From the NCBI GenBank assembly GCA_001938485.1, contig MQRK01218605.1, positions 8,834 to 72,833 of the forward strand: a stretch of 64,000 bases of DNA. The letters run 5' to 3'. The notes beneath the pieces were generated by a model. It was not told the DNA's origin. It saw only the letters and a program-made list of their open reading frames with translations, and searched no databases. The position numbers and the translations under genes are program-made. Shown here piece by piece: positions 47,061 through 59,900 of the stretch (positions are counted from its first letter, which is position 1; each line of letters begins with the position of its first letter). Source of the DNA: Girardia tigrina. Taxonomy: Eukaryota.

Positions 47061-50000
47061 GAGAATTCGGTAAATCCTTTAACTAATTGTCGTAATGATC
47101 ACAAAAGTAGTTTTTCTGTGGAATTCGAATGATATTTCGAATCATCGACTTTTCTCGATCTGAGTTTATTTGCGAGCCATCACAAATACAAATAACTTCT
47201 TTAAGATTCAGATTCATAATTTAATTACAAGTTTCGATTAAAAACAGAAAAAACATCAAAAATCAACAAGATTTATTTTTTTGTGCATTTTTTAATTACA
47301 GTTTGATTCATAAAAACAAATTTTTACAGTTCTAACATTTTTTCAAAATTTTTAATTTCTTTTACAAGAATCGATTTTTTTACATATAATATTTAATTTT
47401 TTAAAAAAATAATAAAGAATTGTAAATAAAATAAAAAAAGCATAAATCATCAAAATTCACCAATCAATAAAAATCTTTGACAAAGAAATTTATACGAACT
47501 TTATAGAAATCATTTGAAACTATATTTTTTATGTATCTTTGAAATGATTAGTGATCCGCACATTTTTTTAATACTCCGGGAAATTCTATTCCAAAAAATT
47601 ATTGAATTTCTTCGATTTTGTTCGACTATATAGATTAATTTCATTGAAATTCGAATGAACTTGACAGTCATAAATATCGGTCAATTAACGATAATCGACG
47701 AAGCGGAATTAATTCCTCGAGTGTTTTATTTTCCACTGTATTTTCTGATACTATTTGTAAGTATTCTTCCATTTGAATTATCCATTAATCATTTTTTACT
47801 CCCCACGCGGTGAATAATCTCGCTCGGCGAACACTATTTCTTTCTCATTCTTGATCATCTTTCTAGCTCTGGCAAGGTCCAATGGATATGTAATAAAAAA
47901 AGTTATTTTTGCCAACGATACATGGATAACATCTTTAAAGATTTTCTTTTTTGATGGAAGATTGTTTTCGTTTCCGTTGAACTGGGTACTATTAATAATC
48001 AACAACAGTTTGTAGCAAGCATCAGATGTGAACGGAATATTTGTAGATTGATCGATATCAGGCTTTTGATAGACACTAAGACTATTGTTCTCCTAGTGAA
48101 TATCAGACATGACATAGATTTGATTAGGTTCATCATCACTCGTCTGTGTTTCCCGACAAATTTCGTGACCATTCGTTCTCTTTTCCACTTTATTATTCGA
48201 AAGCTTCTGCTCAGATTCTGACTGATTTCCTTCAATAATTTCAAAATTATTGAAGTCGTTATCGTTATTGAGTAGCGATTTCAAATGTTTTTACTAATTT
48301 TATGTTTAAGATTTTCAACGTGATGACCCGTTTGATTTTTATGAGACATGAGGAACTTTTTGTACGCTGGACAATCATAACCCGCTGTGCGGTCGTCTCT
48401 GGTAATTGTTGGCCATTTTGTTCAAACATTTAAAATAAAATACATCGTAGTAAATCAATCACTTTGCAACTGCATTTCGAAAAATATGGCAAATTGAATG
48501 ATAAACACTGTTTTCCAACCGTTGAAAAAACGATTTCACAATGCATTTATCCGGATCGGTTACGAAACGATTCTCGCAAACAATGACTTTATGTTAGAAA
48601 CAGAACAAATTCATACTTTCAATTCTCAAAAGATGTTTTGTATTTATCGAACACGGAACTTGTTTAACTTTCCATCTGATAAAATGATAGGTAATTATTT
48701 TAAAAGTACACTTTCCACCAGATAAATAATTCCAATTGATTTGAGTTTGATTTTCACTATTGTTTTTAAAATAATCCCAATTAGAAGACTAAAGAAGTCC
48801 ATACAAATGAAATTTGTGAATCTCCGCAACAACACTAACATTTTCCCATTTATTACAACAATTTTTTCAATTTAATATTTATCAGCTCAATTCACTTTCA
48901 AATAAAGCACTGAACACTTTTTACGAAAAAAACAAATCCCAATTTTCAAAAATGTTGTCACTAAAAATTTCAACTCAATTGCAATTTATTTCAACAATTC
49001 TCGGCCCAAAAACTCAACAACGTCGTTCACAAATTTCAATTCAATCGAAACAGTTTTTTGGCGATGTCATGAATTTTTTCTTAGTTTTTTAAAATTTCAT
49101 TAACAGTAATATTTTAATTTTTTAATCATTAAAAAAATCCATTTTATCTTTTAATTCAAACCTTTTGTACTATTGCTTTTTGTTTATTTTTTTATTTAAA
49201 TAATTAATTTATTATTTTTTTAATAAAAATCCTTTTACAATTAAATTTGAAATAAAATACAATTCAAAAACATCTAATAATCTGTTCTTTTGAATGCAAC
49301 TATTGGTTTCTTGATCAAAAGAAGTTGTCATTAAAACAAAACTTTATTTCTTCCATAATTTAAGTTTTTTAAACAAATATTTTCGAGTAACTTTTGTCCT
49401 TTCTTTTTACACAAACCATTATAAATAAGAATTGATATAAATATAAATATGTTTATTGTATTTTTCACGAATTAAAATTCCATACGTTTTTTTAATAAAA
49501 AATTATAAAGTGAATTTATTAAAATTTTGTCACAAAGATTTTTTTGCGTCTTTTATTAAATTTCAATTTTATTGTACATTTAAATTTACCTGTTTCTCAA
49601 TTAAATTTCCCAATTCTATACAATAGCATTTTTCATTTCGTTTACATAATAGTTTTAAAATTACTTTAGATTTAATAAAATAATGTTTTGAAAATAGAAT
49701 TTAAAATCGCAATTTCGTTTAATTTAACAACTTTTAAATTACCCCTTTTTTATATAAAAAATAAAATTCTATTTCCATTAATAATTACGTTTTCCAAAAT
49801 AAAATTAAAATCGCATTTTCATTTAAGTCGATTTAATTGTTTTACAATTATATTTTGATTCCAATTACAATTTCCAAAAATAAAATTATAATTGTGAATA
49901 AATTTTAAAAAAATTGGCAGATTATTAAAATCAAAATTCGAAAGCCAATTGAAAATATTTATTAATTTCGACGGTTTAACCGCCATCGTCAGAACAAATG

Positions 50001-50574
50001 ATTTTTCAAACGAAATTTAGTTATAGTGCAGTAAATGATTATGTAATCAATGCGTAATCAGTACATCATTTAAAAACTCTCAACAAAGTTATAGAGAGTG
50101 CAGTTTGAACGTTAATTTTAGGATCCAAAGATCTTATATATAACGCTTCACATGTCACTCTCTCCCAAAAATTATAATTATATTTTTAATTTACTTCGAT
50201 TTAATCGTGTAAAATAAAAGTTACAAAAAATAGTTTAGTTTATTTTCATTTCGCAAATAAAATATTAAACTTTATATTACTTTTGATTTTATTTCAATTA
50301 AATATTTTCATCAAAATTGAAATTAATTTTTTAATTTATAATAAATCTTTGCATAAATCTTTTAATAAACCTATCGCAAAATTTATTTTATTTCTTACAT
50401 AAATTAATTTTTACATTAAATTTCTGAAAATCTTATTTTAACATATCTATAACAATATTTTACGGAATGTAATTGTTTAATTATTAATTTGATAAGATTG
50501 TAAATTCAAAAATTTTATGAACTCAACAACGCTCCCAACAGCAACAATATACGATTATAAAGATTAATGTACAT

Positions 50575-51152
50575 TCTAATATATATTATAAAAGTCCAAG
50601 TCACTCACTGCTTCACTAACGCTGACGTAATCAAGCGAGATAAAAAACCCGAGTGTGTCGGGTAGTATATATATCCGGCACACTATAAATAACCGATACA
50701 CTGCACACACGACACACACTTTTACGCGCACACAATATTTTAAAAACACCTACCTTTATTCTATTTGATTACATTTTGCACAATCACTATTTGCTATAAT
50801 TTTATATACCAATTCGAATATTTTATTTAATTTTGATTGTGGAAGAACCCCGAATGAGGTAGTAATTGCCGTTTCATTGTCTTTATTATTTTTATTTTTT
50901 GATTTTGTCTGTTTCATNNNNNNNNNNNNNNNNNNNNNNNNNNNNNNNNNNNNNNNNNNNNNNNNNNNNNNNNNNNNNNNNNNNNNNNNNNNNNNNNNNN
51001 NNNNNNNNNNNNNNNNNNNNNNNNNNNNNNNNNNNNNNNNTTACAGCGTTAGTGAGGCAGTGAGGCAGGCAGTGAGTTACTTGGGCTTTTATAATATAAA
51101 AAAAATTGAACCCCCGGCAAGAGAGGGCCGCGAAGCGGGCCGAGCGCGCTAG
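50575..51152 (+). mobile_element. Helitron-like non-autonomous element
   Basis: 5' TC; 3' GC hairpin GGCCGCGAAGCGGGCC then CTAG|T; a ~45-bp inverted copy of the 5' end lies near the 3' end. Confidence 0.7.
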
Positions 51153-53735
51153 TAATCTAATAAAAGTTCAACTCATCAGAATAATGATTCCTAGCTCGAT
51201 ATTCTTTGATTCACTGGAAGTAAAATCACTAACATCGACTTGATTTTATGAAATTTCGGTGGCTGAAAACTGAATTCCAATTTCGGGATCATACTCTACA
51301 CGCTTTCTTCAAACACTCAAATACACTTTTAAACTAGAACCAAACACAACAATGTAATTATATGCTTAATACTTCTCATCAACAATCTCAGGCTCATTCT
51401 CCGTGACATTCATTCATCCAACATTAAGATGAAAAGCTGCTCATGCAAATGACCGTTGTTAAAAAATGACATCTTGAGGGTCATTTTAACTATACATTAT
51501 TTTTCCATGTGTTTAATAACAAATAAATAACATATATTCATGAATAATGGTTACATAATGTAACCATACTCCATGACGACACACCCACACTATAATATAT
51601 TAAGCTGTTCTTGTTGAACATTTAATTTATTCCTATTACAGCATTTTTCATATTTTGTGCCCTGGTTTATAAAATAAGTAATTTATAAAATTATTTATAA
51701 AATAAGTAATACCGGAATTATTCTAGGATAATACCTGGATTTTAAGATGTGTATTTGGTTCTCATATTCAGGGATGCTGGGATTCGAGGCCCTAACTGCG
51801 ATTCATATGATTTTTTTTCGTTCGTTGAAATGACACTTGAATTCACTTTCGTGTAAATGCTTCATTTCAAATTTTTACTAATATTGATTTTCAAGCATAT
51901 TTAAGGTCAATTTGTCCAAGACAACTTTTCCTCTTTAAGACATGTGACATGCACATCAACAATGTATCTTCGACAACTTAGTTATTTTGTTATACAAACA
52001 AGATAAGACTATTCGTTGTAAACTTTTCCATTGGGACTTCTTTTATTTTGTAAATAACTTATAAAATATAATTTATCACCAATATTATTTCTTTGGAGAG
52101 ATATGTGGCTTCTTAAAAGAAAACATAAAAATTTAAGGAAACAAAACAATTTTTATTTAATTCTCAGTGCCCCATTCATCACAATTGATATTTTTAAGAA
52201 TATTGTTTTCTTTATTTTTCAAATCATTTTAACAATATATTAAATATTTTTTCTATGAATGGATCCTGAAAATAGCAGTATATCGCGAAATTCTTCCAAA
52301 TTCCATGGAAATTTATATGTTTAATATAAAAACCTTAAGTGCAGTTTCATCAAGATCGGATGATTTTTCTCAGAAAATTTAAAATCTTGATAAAGACTTT
52401 GAAATTGTAACCTTTTGATGTGTTATATCTTGTGTCATTCGAACAATTGTAACCATTATATTTAAATAAGATTATGAATATCTTTTATATTATTTTATTA
52501 AAAAACAATAAATACATTCGGATGTTTTTATGGGGAATTTTTTCATGCATCTACAATTCGTAAATAGATTTCCCATGCAATGGTTTCTTGAACGGCTATA
52601 AAACTAATGATACTTCTAGTACTTGCCCTGAACTACATAAAAATTGATTTCAAATTTAGTTTACTTTAACTGGCGTCTCTTGTACTGAACTTTTTGTTTA
52701 AATCTCTAGAACAACGTTTTGCTAAAAAATATTATGTTCTTCTAAGCACAGACTATTGTTTTCAGTTGTATTTATCCACATACTTCTAAAAAAATTAGAT
52801 GAAAATGGAAGTTAATGTCGAGGTAATTGTATATCCATAATTACCAAGCCTTTTAATTGTATCATTTTTTTATTAAACCGAAATAAATCTTTATTTGTGA
52901 AGAACAATATGTAAATAGATTTATTAACCTTTTTAAATGAACCTTACTTCAATAAGGATATTGAATTTGAAGAACTGTTGGACAACTCCCTTACATTCTG
53001 AGCAATAATCAAGACTAAAAAAGCCAATTGGTGGAGGAAAATTACGCAAAATTGACATACCTTTCACCATAGTGTAAAGACAATAAAACACATTTAAGAT
53101 TTTAAATTCTACAAGCCGCATAAAGCCAACAAGCTTACTAGAAATTTGAAAATTAGAGAAAAATCGATAGAAAGACCTATTCACCATTCTTTAATCATAA
53201 TAAAACATTCTCATTCAATTTAAAGATCTTTACAATTTTAATCTTGAAGAACTTAAAAACTGCTTGAATACTTTTCGGTTGCCATAACTTAATTTCAAAA
53301 GTTTTTGAAGATTTTCATTGTAATTTTGCGATTCTCTCTTAAAGGCATATTTTTTAATTAAATAAACAATTGAATAAATTGATCCACAAAAATCAAGCAT
53401 ATTATATAATAAAATGTTTAAAAAAACAGAAAAACAAATATCAATTCCGCTTTTATTTTATTCTCTAAAATTTAAAATCATTTTTAAAAATAAAACAAAT
53501 CATCAAAGCGTATTTCAAGTATCTAAAATATGAAATTGAAAAAAAACATCGACTCAATTTATTCAAAAATTAATAAAGCAATTAATCAATAAAAAACTTA
53601 TTGACATTAATTAATAAAAATTGCTAATTGCACATTGTTTAAAATTTACAAAAGATTAAGTACGAATAATAGAAATCAAATCGTTTTAAGAAAAATAAAA
53701 AAATATGTACAAAATCATTGAAACTGTCAATTACT

Positions 53736-53967
53736 TTAATGGTGATATTTCAAATGGTTAATAAAACAATACAGTTGATAATGTTTGAAATTACATTTCG
53801 GACAATTGAATCTCGCCAAATCTGATGAGGAATAGTGAAAATTTTTGTGAAAATCTAATTTTCCCTGTATATTTGTAACAAAATTGCAAATATCACACTT
53901 TAAACTACTACTTATTTCTTTGGTTCGATCATAAAATCCACTTACTTCAGATAAAGTGTGTAATAAT
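53736..53967 (-). CDS. Zinc-finger gene last coding exon (LLH...CDIC...CPKC...HLKYHH*)
   Basis: 232 nt, absent from the ORF track; two more C2H2 fingers and a TAA stop. Confidence 0.9.
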
Positions 53968-56900
53968 CTAAAATAATAAAATGAATTATAAAAATAATAT
54001 TTATGAATTAATTTTTAATAAATTTACAATTATCTCCCAACTAGTTCATAGATAGGTTCTATGGTTTTTTTCATAAATTATTTTTTGATGAATCGAATAA
54101 ATGAGTTAGTCATATTTCTTTTTAATGATTTAACATTTTTTCCACAAACATAGAAGCATAAAAACCAAAATTTACTCTCAAAAATATTTTTACATTAAAA
54201 CATTTTATATAATACCAAAGTATAATTCTACTAAATCATTTATAGTAATATAAAATGAAACTGTAATTTTTATACTAAAATGTTAAAATTTACTAATATG
54301 TATGCTTATTATATTATTAAAAAAGTTATATTTTGGTATAAAATTATTGTTTCATTTTTAAGCATATTTATTAATTTTATATTCTATAAAGGATTTAGTT
54401 GAATTTAATTTTTGGTATTATATAAAATGTTTCAATGTACAATTTTTGTTTTTAACCCTTTATCTCGTAGTGTTGTTTTACAACAACATTAAGTTTACAT
54501 GTTATTTTTAATCACACTCCAAGCGTGAAAACATAAAATTAATTCATTCAAGTTTCCCTAAATCAATATAAATATTCTCAATGTTGTTGTAGCACAACAC
54601 TAAAATAAATAGCGGAATTTCTGTCGCTTAAAATTTCTCAGTTAATAAACTTAATGTTGTTGTAAAACAACACTGCGAGAGAAAGGGTTAAAATAACATG
54701 TTCTTTTCATTTTTAAGTAAATAAGGCTTTTTTGTGTTTTAAGTTTTAATATTTATATCCAATCAGAAATCTGACAAATTTTCCGTGTTTGATACATACT
54801 ACTCATTTGATTTTGAATATAATTTTTTAATGGACCTGATGATGTTCTGAAAAGAACGAAACATGTCGTGAATTTTAGTCAAATAATAAATGTTTACTCG
54901 GATTATAAATACTTATGAATTAAATCATGCAAATCCTTTTGGAAATATGGATTTAGGCTACTTTAAAAACTGAGATTAATTGAAAGAATGAAACAAAATA
55001 TTGGGGACTCAAATGGTCAAAAAGATTTATGTTATTTAAAGGTTTCTTATTATTTACAAAAGTATTTCATAAAATGTCTTGTGAATACTAATTTGATATT
55101 ATTTATAAATATTTCAATCAAAGCTTTTTTGAAAACATGATCACAGTTTTCTTACACAATCGTCAATAATTATAAATTTACATAGAATTACTAAAAATAA
55201 TAAACAAAAATGGTAATATGTTAAAATTAAACGTTAGTAAATATACTATTGGAGAATTATGACAAAATTTTTAGATAAATATTTTATGTAGCGAGGGGTT
55301 TTTAATTATTTAGTTTTATAAAGAATAAGATTCATCGATTCATCAAAAAATAATTTATGAAAAAAGCCATAGAACCTATCTATGAACCAGTTAATTATTT
55401 AGTTTTACTCAAATAAAAATTAAAAATTGAAACTATTATTTTTATTAAATCAAAATTTTCGTTAGTAATAATTTCAATTATTTAAGAAATAATCCAAACT
55501 AAGATATTATTCCATAGTAAAATTGATAAGTATAAATATGATTTAAGTTCTTACTCGTGATTTTTCAATTCTTTATCCGATTGTGTACTGTAGATGCATA
55601 ATGAACATTTATGTTCGAAATTATCATTATTGTTGTTCATGTGCTTCATTAAATGCATTGTTAATTGGTTTTCTTCGCGTGTTATAAAACCACACTCATC
55701 ACACCAATATCGATTAGTTTGAAAATCAATGTTCTTATAAATCGAAAGAGAATTTTCGTCGAACATCAGATTAAAATTTTTTGTTGATTTAGAATTTATA
55801 GCAGTTCGACAATTTTTTCGATGTTTCTCCTGATAATGAAGACGTAAATGAAAATAATGTGAAGTTTTAAAATAACATTTGTTACAATGAACTGTAGAAG
55901 ACAAGTTTTTAGATAAATTCTTATTTGATATATATTTAAAATTATTAATTATTGCTGAAGATTTATCGATCTTTTCAGAACTTTTAGGACAGCTTAGATC
56001 TTCTGGTTCTTCTGTTTGAAAATTCATGGTTTTTCTTGCATCAGGTCCTACATTATGTCCTGACAGATGATTTAAAAGGAATTTATTATTGCTTGCCTTA
56101 TAGTTACAATGCGTGCATCTAAACACGTAATGACACATTTCAGAATGCTGAAATTGATGTATTTGAGCAGCGTCTTGGTTTGTAGTAACATAATGGCACA
56201 TTGAGCAAGAATGTTTCACGAATACTGAATTACTATTTTCATCGGAAGACTTAGGTTTTAAAATTAAATACATTTCTTCATCTGATGATGCATGATTAAT
56301 TGCTGTATGTTGAAATAACTCTTGAAATGAATTAAAAAGTTCTCCACATTTTAAACACACTGTGGAATTAGACATATTTTCTATTTGATCAAAGTTTTCA
56401 ATTTTTTCAACTGAAATTGGTTGCACTTTAACTTTACTAAGATTTTGGTCCATAACTCCATGTATTGAAGTTACTTTGTGTTTAGCTTTAACATGACGCA
56501 ATAATGAATTACGATAGTCAGTTCCGTATTGGCACAGTTTGCAGTTGAAAGGTCGTTCTGGATGATGGTTTTTGGTAATGTGATGAGAGACTTGTATCTT
56601 TTCTCGATGACTAAATTGACATAAATTACACTGCCAAAGTTTTCTCTGTTGATTATTTATCTGTTCATTAACTCCGTTTGATATTTGTGAACTTTGCTCG
56701 TTTTCATTATCAACATTTTCGACTTGCTTTAAATTTTCACTCTGTTGTTCATCATTGTTAGTATAATCTAATAAGACTACATCGGATAGAAATACAACAG
56801 ATGCTAAATTGTCATGCTTTCTACGAATATGTCGAGAAATATCACTACGATAATTACTACGATATCCACAGCCATCACATTTCAATCTTTTCAATCTTAA

Positions 56901-59900
56901 AGTGTCAATTCTAGGATTTTGTGATAGATTTGTTGATGTAGTCGGAGAAGTCATTTGAGATATTGTAGATGTATTCTCACTCTTCTCTTTCTCAGAGCTA
57001 TTGTCAAGAGAAGAAGTATTCTCCATTGGGCTATTGTTTCCTGACTTAGTTTCTATAAAAGTATTGCAAGTTAAAGTATTTGAAGTTGAAGAAGCAATAT
57101 TTCCTCCTAATGAGCTCAAACCAGCAGTTCTTCTGCGTCGTTTATACTGACATATTGTACTTTTAGCTTCCTCCATAGTAAGGGTAATAACTTCTGCTTG
57201 TCTTTGATGTACTTGCTTAATATGCTTGTTTACATCCCATTTCCAGTTACTTCTATTAAAAAAATTATCAATCATACAATGAGCAATCTCAATTTTACCT
57301 GTGTCCACAAGAAGAACATTTATAAGGCCTATAATAACCTTCTTCCGATTCAAACGAATTATGAGATCGAGCTTTGTTAGCCTTGGTTGAGTTTAAATAA
57401 CTTTGCAGTGTTGCTTTAGCATCTTCATAACTCAATTCTAAAGTGGTTATACCATCTCTTTCAGGATGTGCAACCTACAAAACTTTGTTTTAATTTCAAA
57501 ATTTATTATTAAAAAATTAATTTGTAAAAATCACTATAAATTAAAATTTGTAAAATTTAAATAAAAAATCAATTAGTTAAAAGCTGAGTGAAAAAGTTAA
57601 TTTTGACTGAATATTTACTAGAATTATTAAACGAGATACAATTGTATAGGTAATATAATTTCTCTAACTATTTAATATTTTAATTTTTTATTTTTGATTT
57701 CTTTAAAAATCAAATCTAATATAATCTTAAAGCTTTTCTTTTTAATAATTTTTTAAAATATAAAATATTTTTATTATAAAACTTAAAATAATGAGACATT
57801 TTAATTTTTAATTAAAATTGATTATAAAGCAAAATTTTTATTTTATTAAAAATGATGAATATTGTTTTGATAATGCAAACTTTGGAAACAACTATTTTTA
57901 CAAAATTAGATTCTTTCAAATTACAGTTTCAAATATTAATTGACGTACTTTGACGTTTGTATTTACAATTTGTATATTTGTATATGATTCCATAAGATAA
58001 TGTTAGCGATATAGAAAGTTAAAAATTATATACATGTCATTAATTTTATCAAGTCCTTTAAAATAGTAAGTTTAGATACATAATTATTTAATTGATAAAG
58101 GAAAAACCTTTTAACACTTGGACTGCGGACAACGTACTTTTACGTTTTTTTGCAGGTTTGCCAAAGGAACGCGTGTTACATAAAAAACACGTAATAAGTA
58201 TATTTGTGATGAAGAGATGTATCGTATAATTACGATGGATACACGTTCTATGTGAGTTATTTACTTTGTTAGATAATGCTTTTTAGTATTCCTTGCAAAA
58301 AATTTCATTCATAAAAACAAAAAAGTTCTCAATTTACAAAAATTTTACTGAATGATCAAACTCCAGCGCGATTCACAAAAAAACGCGCGCTGTACGCGCA
58401 ATTTGGAGGTGAAGTATACCAACAGTCCAAGTGTTAAAACTTTATTTTTACTTTTAGAAAAAAATTTACAATTTAACATATATTCAAATAAACCATAGAA
58501 AATGTTAAACAAATATTCTAAATTTCATCAAAAAAAGACAATGTTACTCTTCAGACAAAAACATTTTGGCAAAATAATCTAGAAACATAATAATATTGGA
58601 AATGTAATATAATATGAAACATTCGAGGTAGAAAAAATTAATAAATTTTTAGTTTAAAATAAATCAAATTAAAACTGTTACATTATTTAAAATTAAATAA
58701 ATGAAAAATCAGGTGTTACTTTGTAAATTCTCTTTTTAACTTAATCAAATAAAAATGTCAACCGCATTTATATTAGCAAAAATTGAGATTCTTCACATTT
58801 AACTCACTATTTTACGATAAAATTATGTTAGTTTTTCAGCCAACCCTCATTTGAAAATAAAAATTTGCTTATTCAAATTTCACTTTAAAATGTTAAACAT
58901 TAGTTATATAAACACCTAGGATTTACTGATATCTCTTAAATTATCAAAACAAACTATGAAATATGCATGATTCCAAACAAAGTTCAGATATTTAAGAAAT
59001 TACTGTTAAAATAATTTTAAAGATTTAGGTCTACTTAACTCCAAAATATTTGAATTATTACATACTCAACGAAGGCAAATTAGGGTAGTCATGACAAAGT
59101 TCATGTTATCTAATAAGTAAGTAAGCTATTTAATTGTAATCTTTTATACTCTTCTTTTCTCTACTTTAATCAGTACATAAAATGTTAAACAACAAATAAT
59201 CTATATTTTATTACTGATAAAATTACTAGTATCTAAAATTATCGTTTCTTAATGATCTCGATTCACTGAAAGTATTACAAGAATTTTTCACTGAATAAAA
59301 TAACAGAAAGAATTTAAATTTGAAGTTATGCATCTTATTTAATCAAGCAGTTGTTGTCATTGTCGTATTACCACAATTATAATTAACAACCTGTGTAAAT
59401 TGGACTACACTATTTCTTAAACCAAACTTATCTAAACAATCTATACTAATTAATTTTCTTACGAATTTGATATTACACATAATATCATGTGACTCCAAAC
59501 TTTTAATTAATTAGTTTATTGATTAGAAATTTTAAAACTTTGTCTTCAAACAGTAAAGTCTTTTGTTAAGGTATTGAGACACAGAATGAATAATGAGACT
59601 TGTAAAAATATTTTGGAAGCAATGCTTTTATTTTATAGATTTTTTTCCATTTAACTTATGAAATAAAAATTCAAAAAATATAAAGATAATTATCAAAACT
59701 ATTCTATTAGTAAAATGGCTTATTACTTTAATATGTTTATTTATATCCCATTTCCAGTTAGATCTGTGGCCGCAAGCAGAACATTTAAATCTTTTCCAAT
59801 GTTCCTGGTGTGAATTTATTAATCCATTAGTATTTTCTTTATATTTAACTTCATTGTTTAACAATTTTGGAGTAGAAAATATCCCGTTGGTATTTTTAAA

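Larger units (their letters stand above)
54039..55392. mobile_element. Foldback-type element with ~58-bp TIRs filling the last zinc-finger-gene intron
   Basis: AACT(A/G)GTTCATAGATAGGTTCTATGG...GATGAATCGA at 54039-54097, inverted at 55335-55392; inner inverted repeat 54191-54439. Confidence 0.75.

Noticed and set aside
51900-53500. Possible decayed coding sequence (ORF 52933-53187 and + strand fragments)
   Set aside because: No recognisable motif, termini or splice structure by eye.
57253-57353. N-terminus of the 600-aa track ORF (MNRKKVIIG...)
   Set aside because: Read-through of a 46-bp intron and an out-of-frame part of the previous exon; splicing restores the zinc finger.
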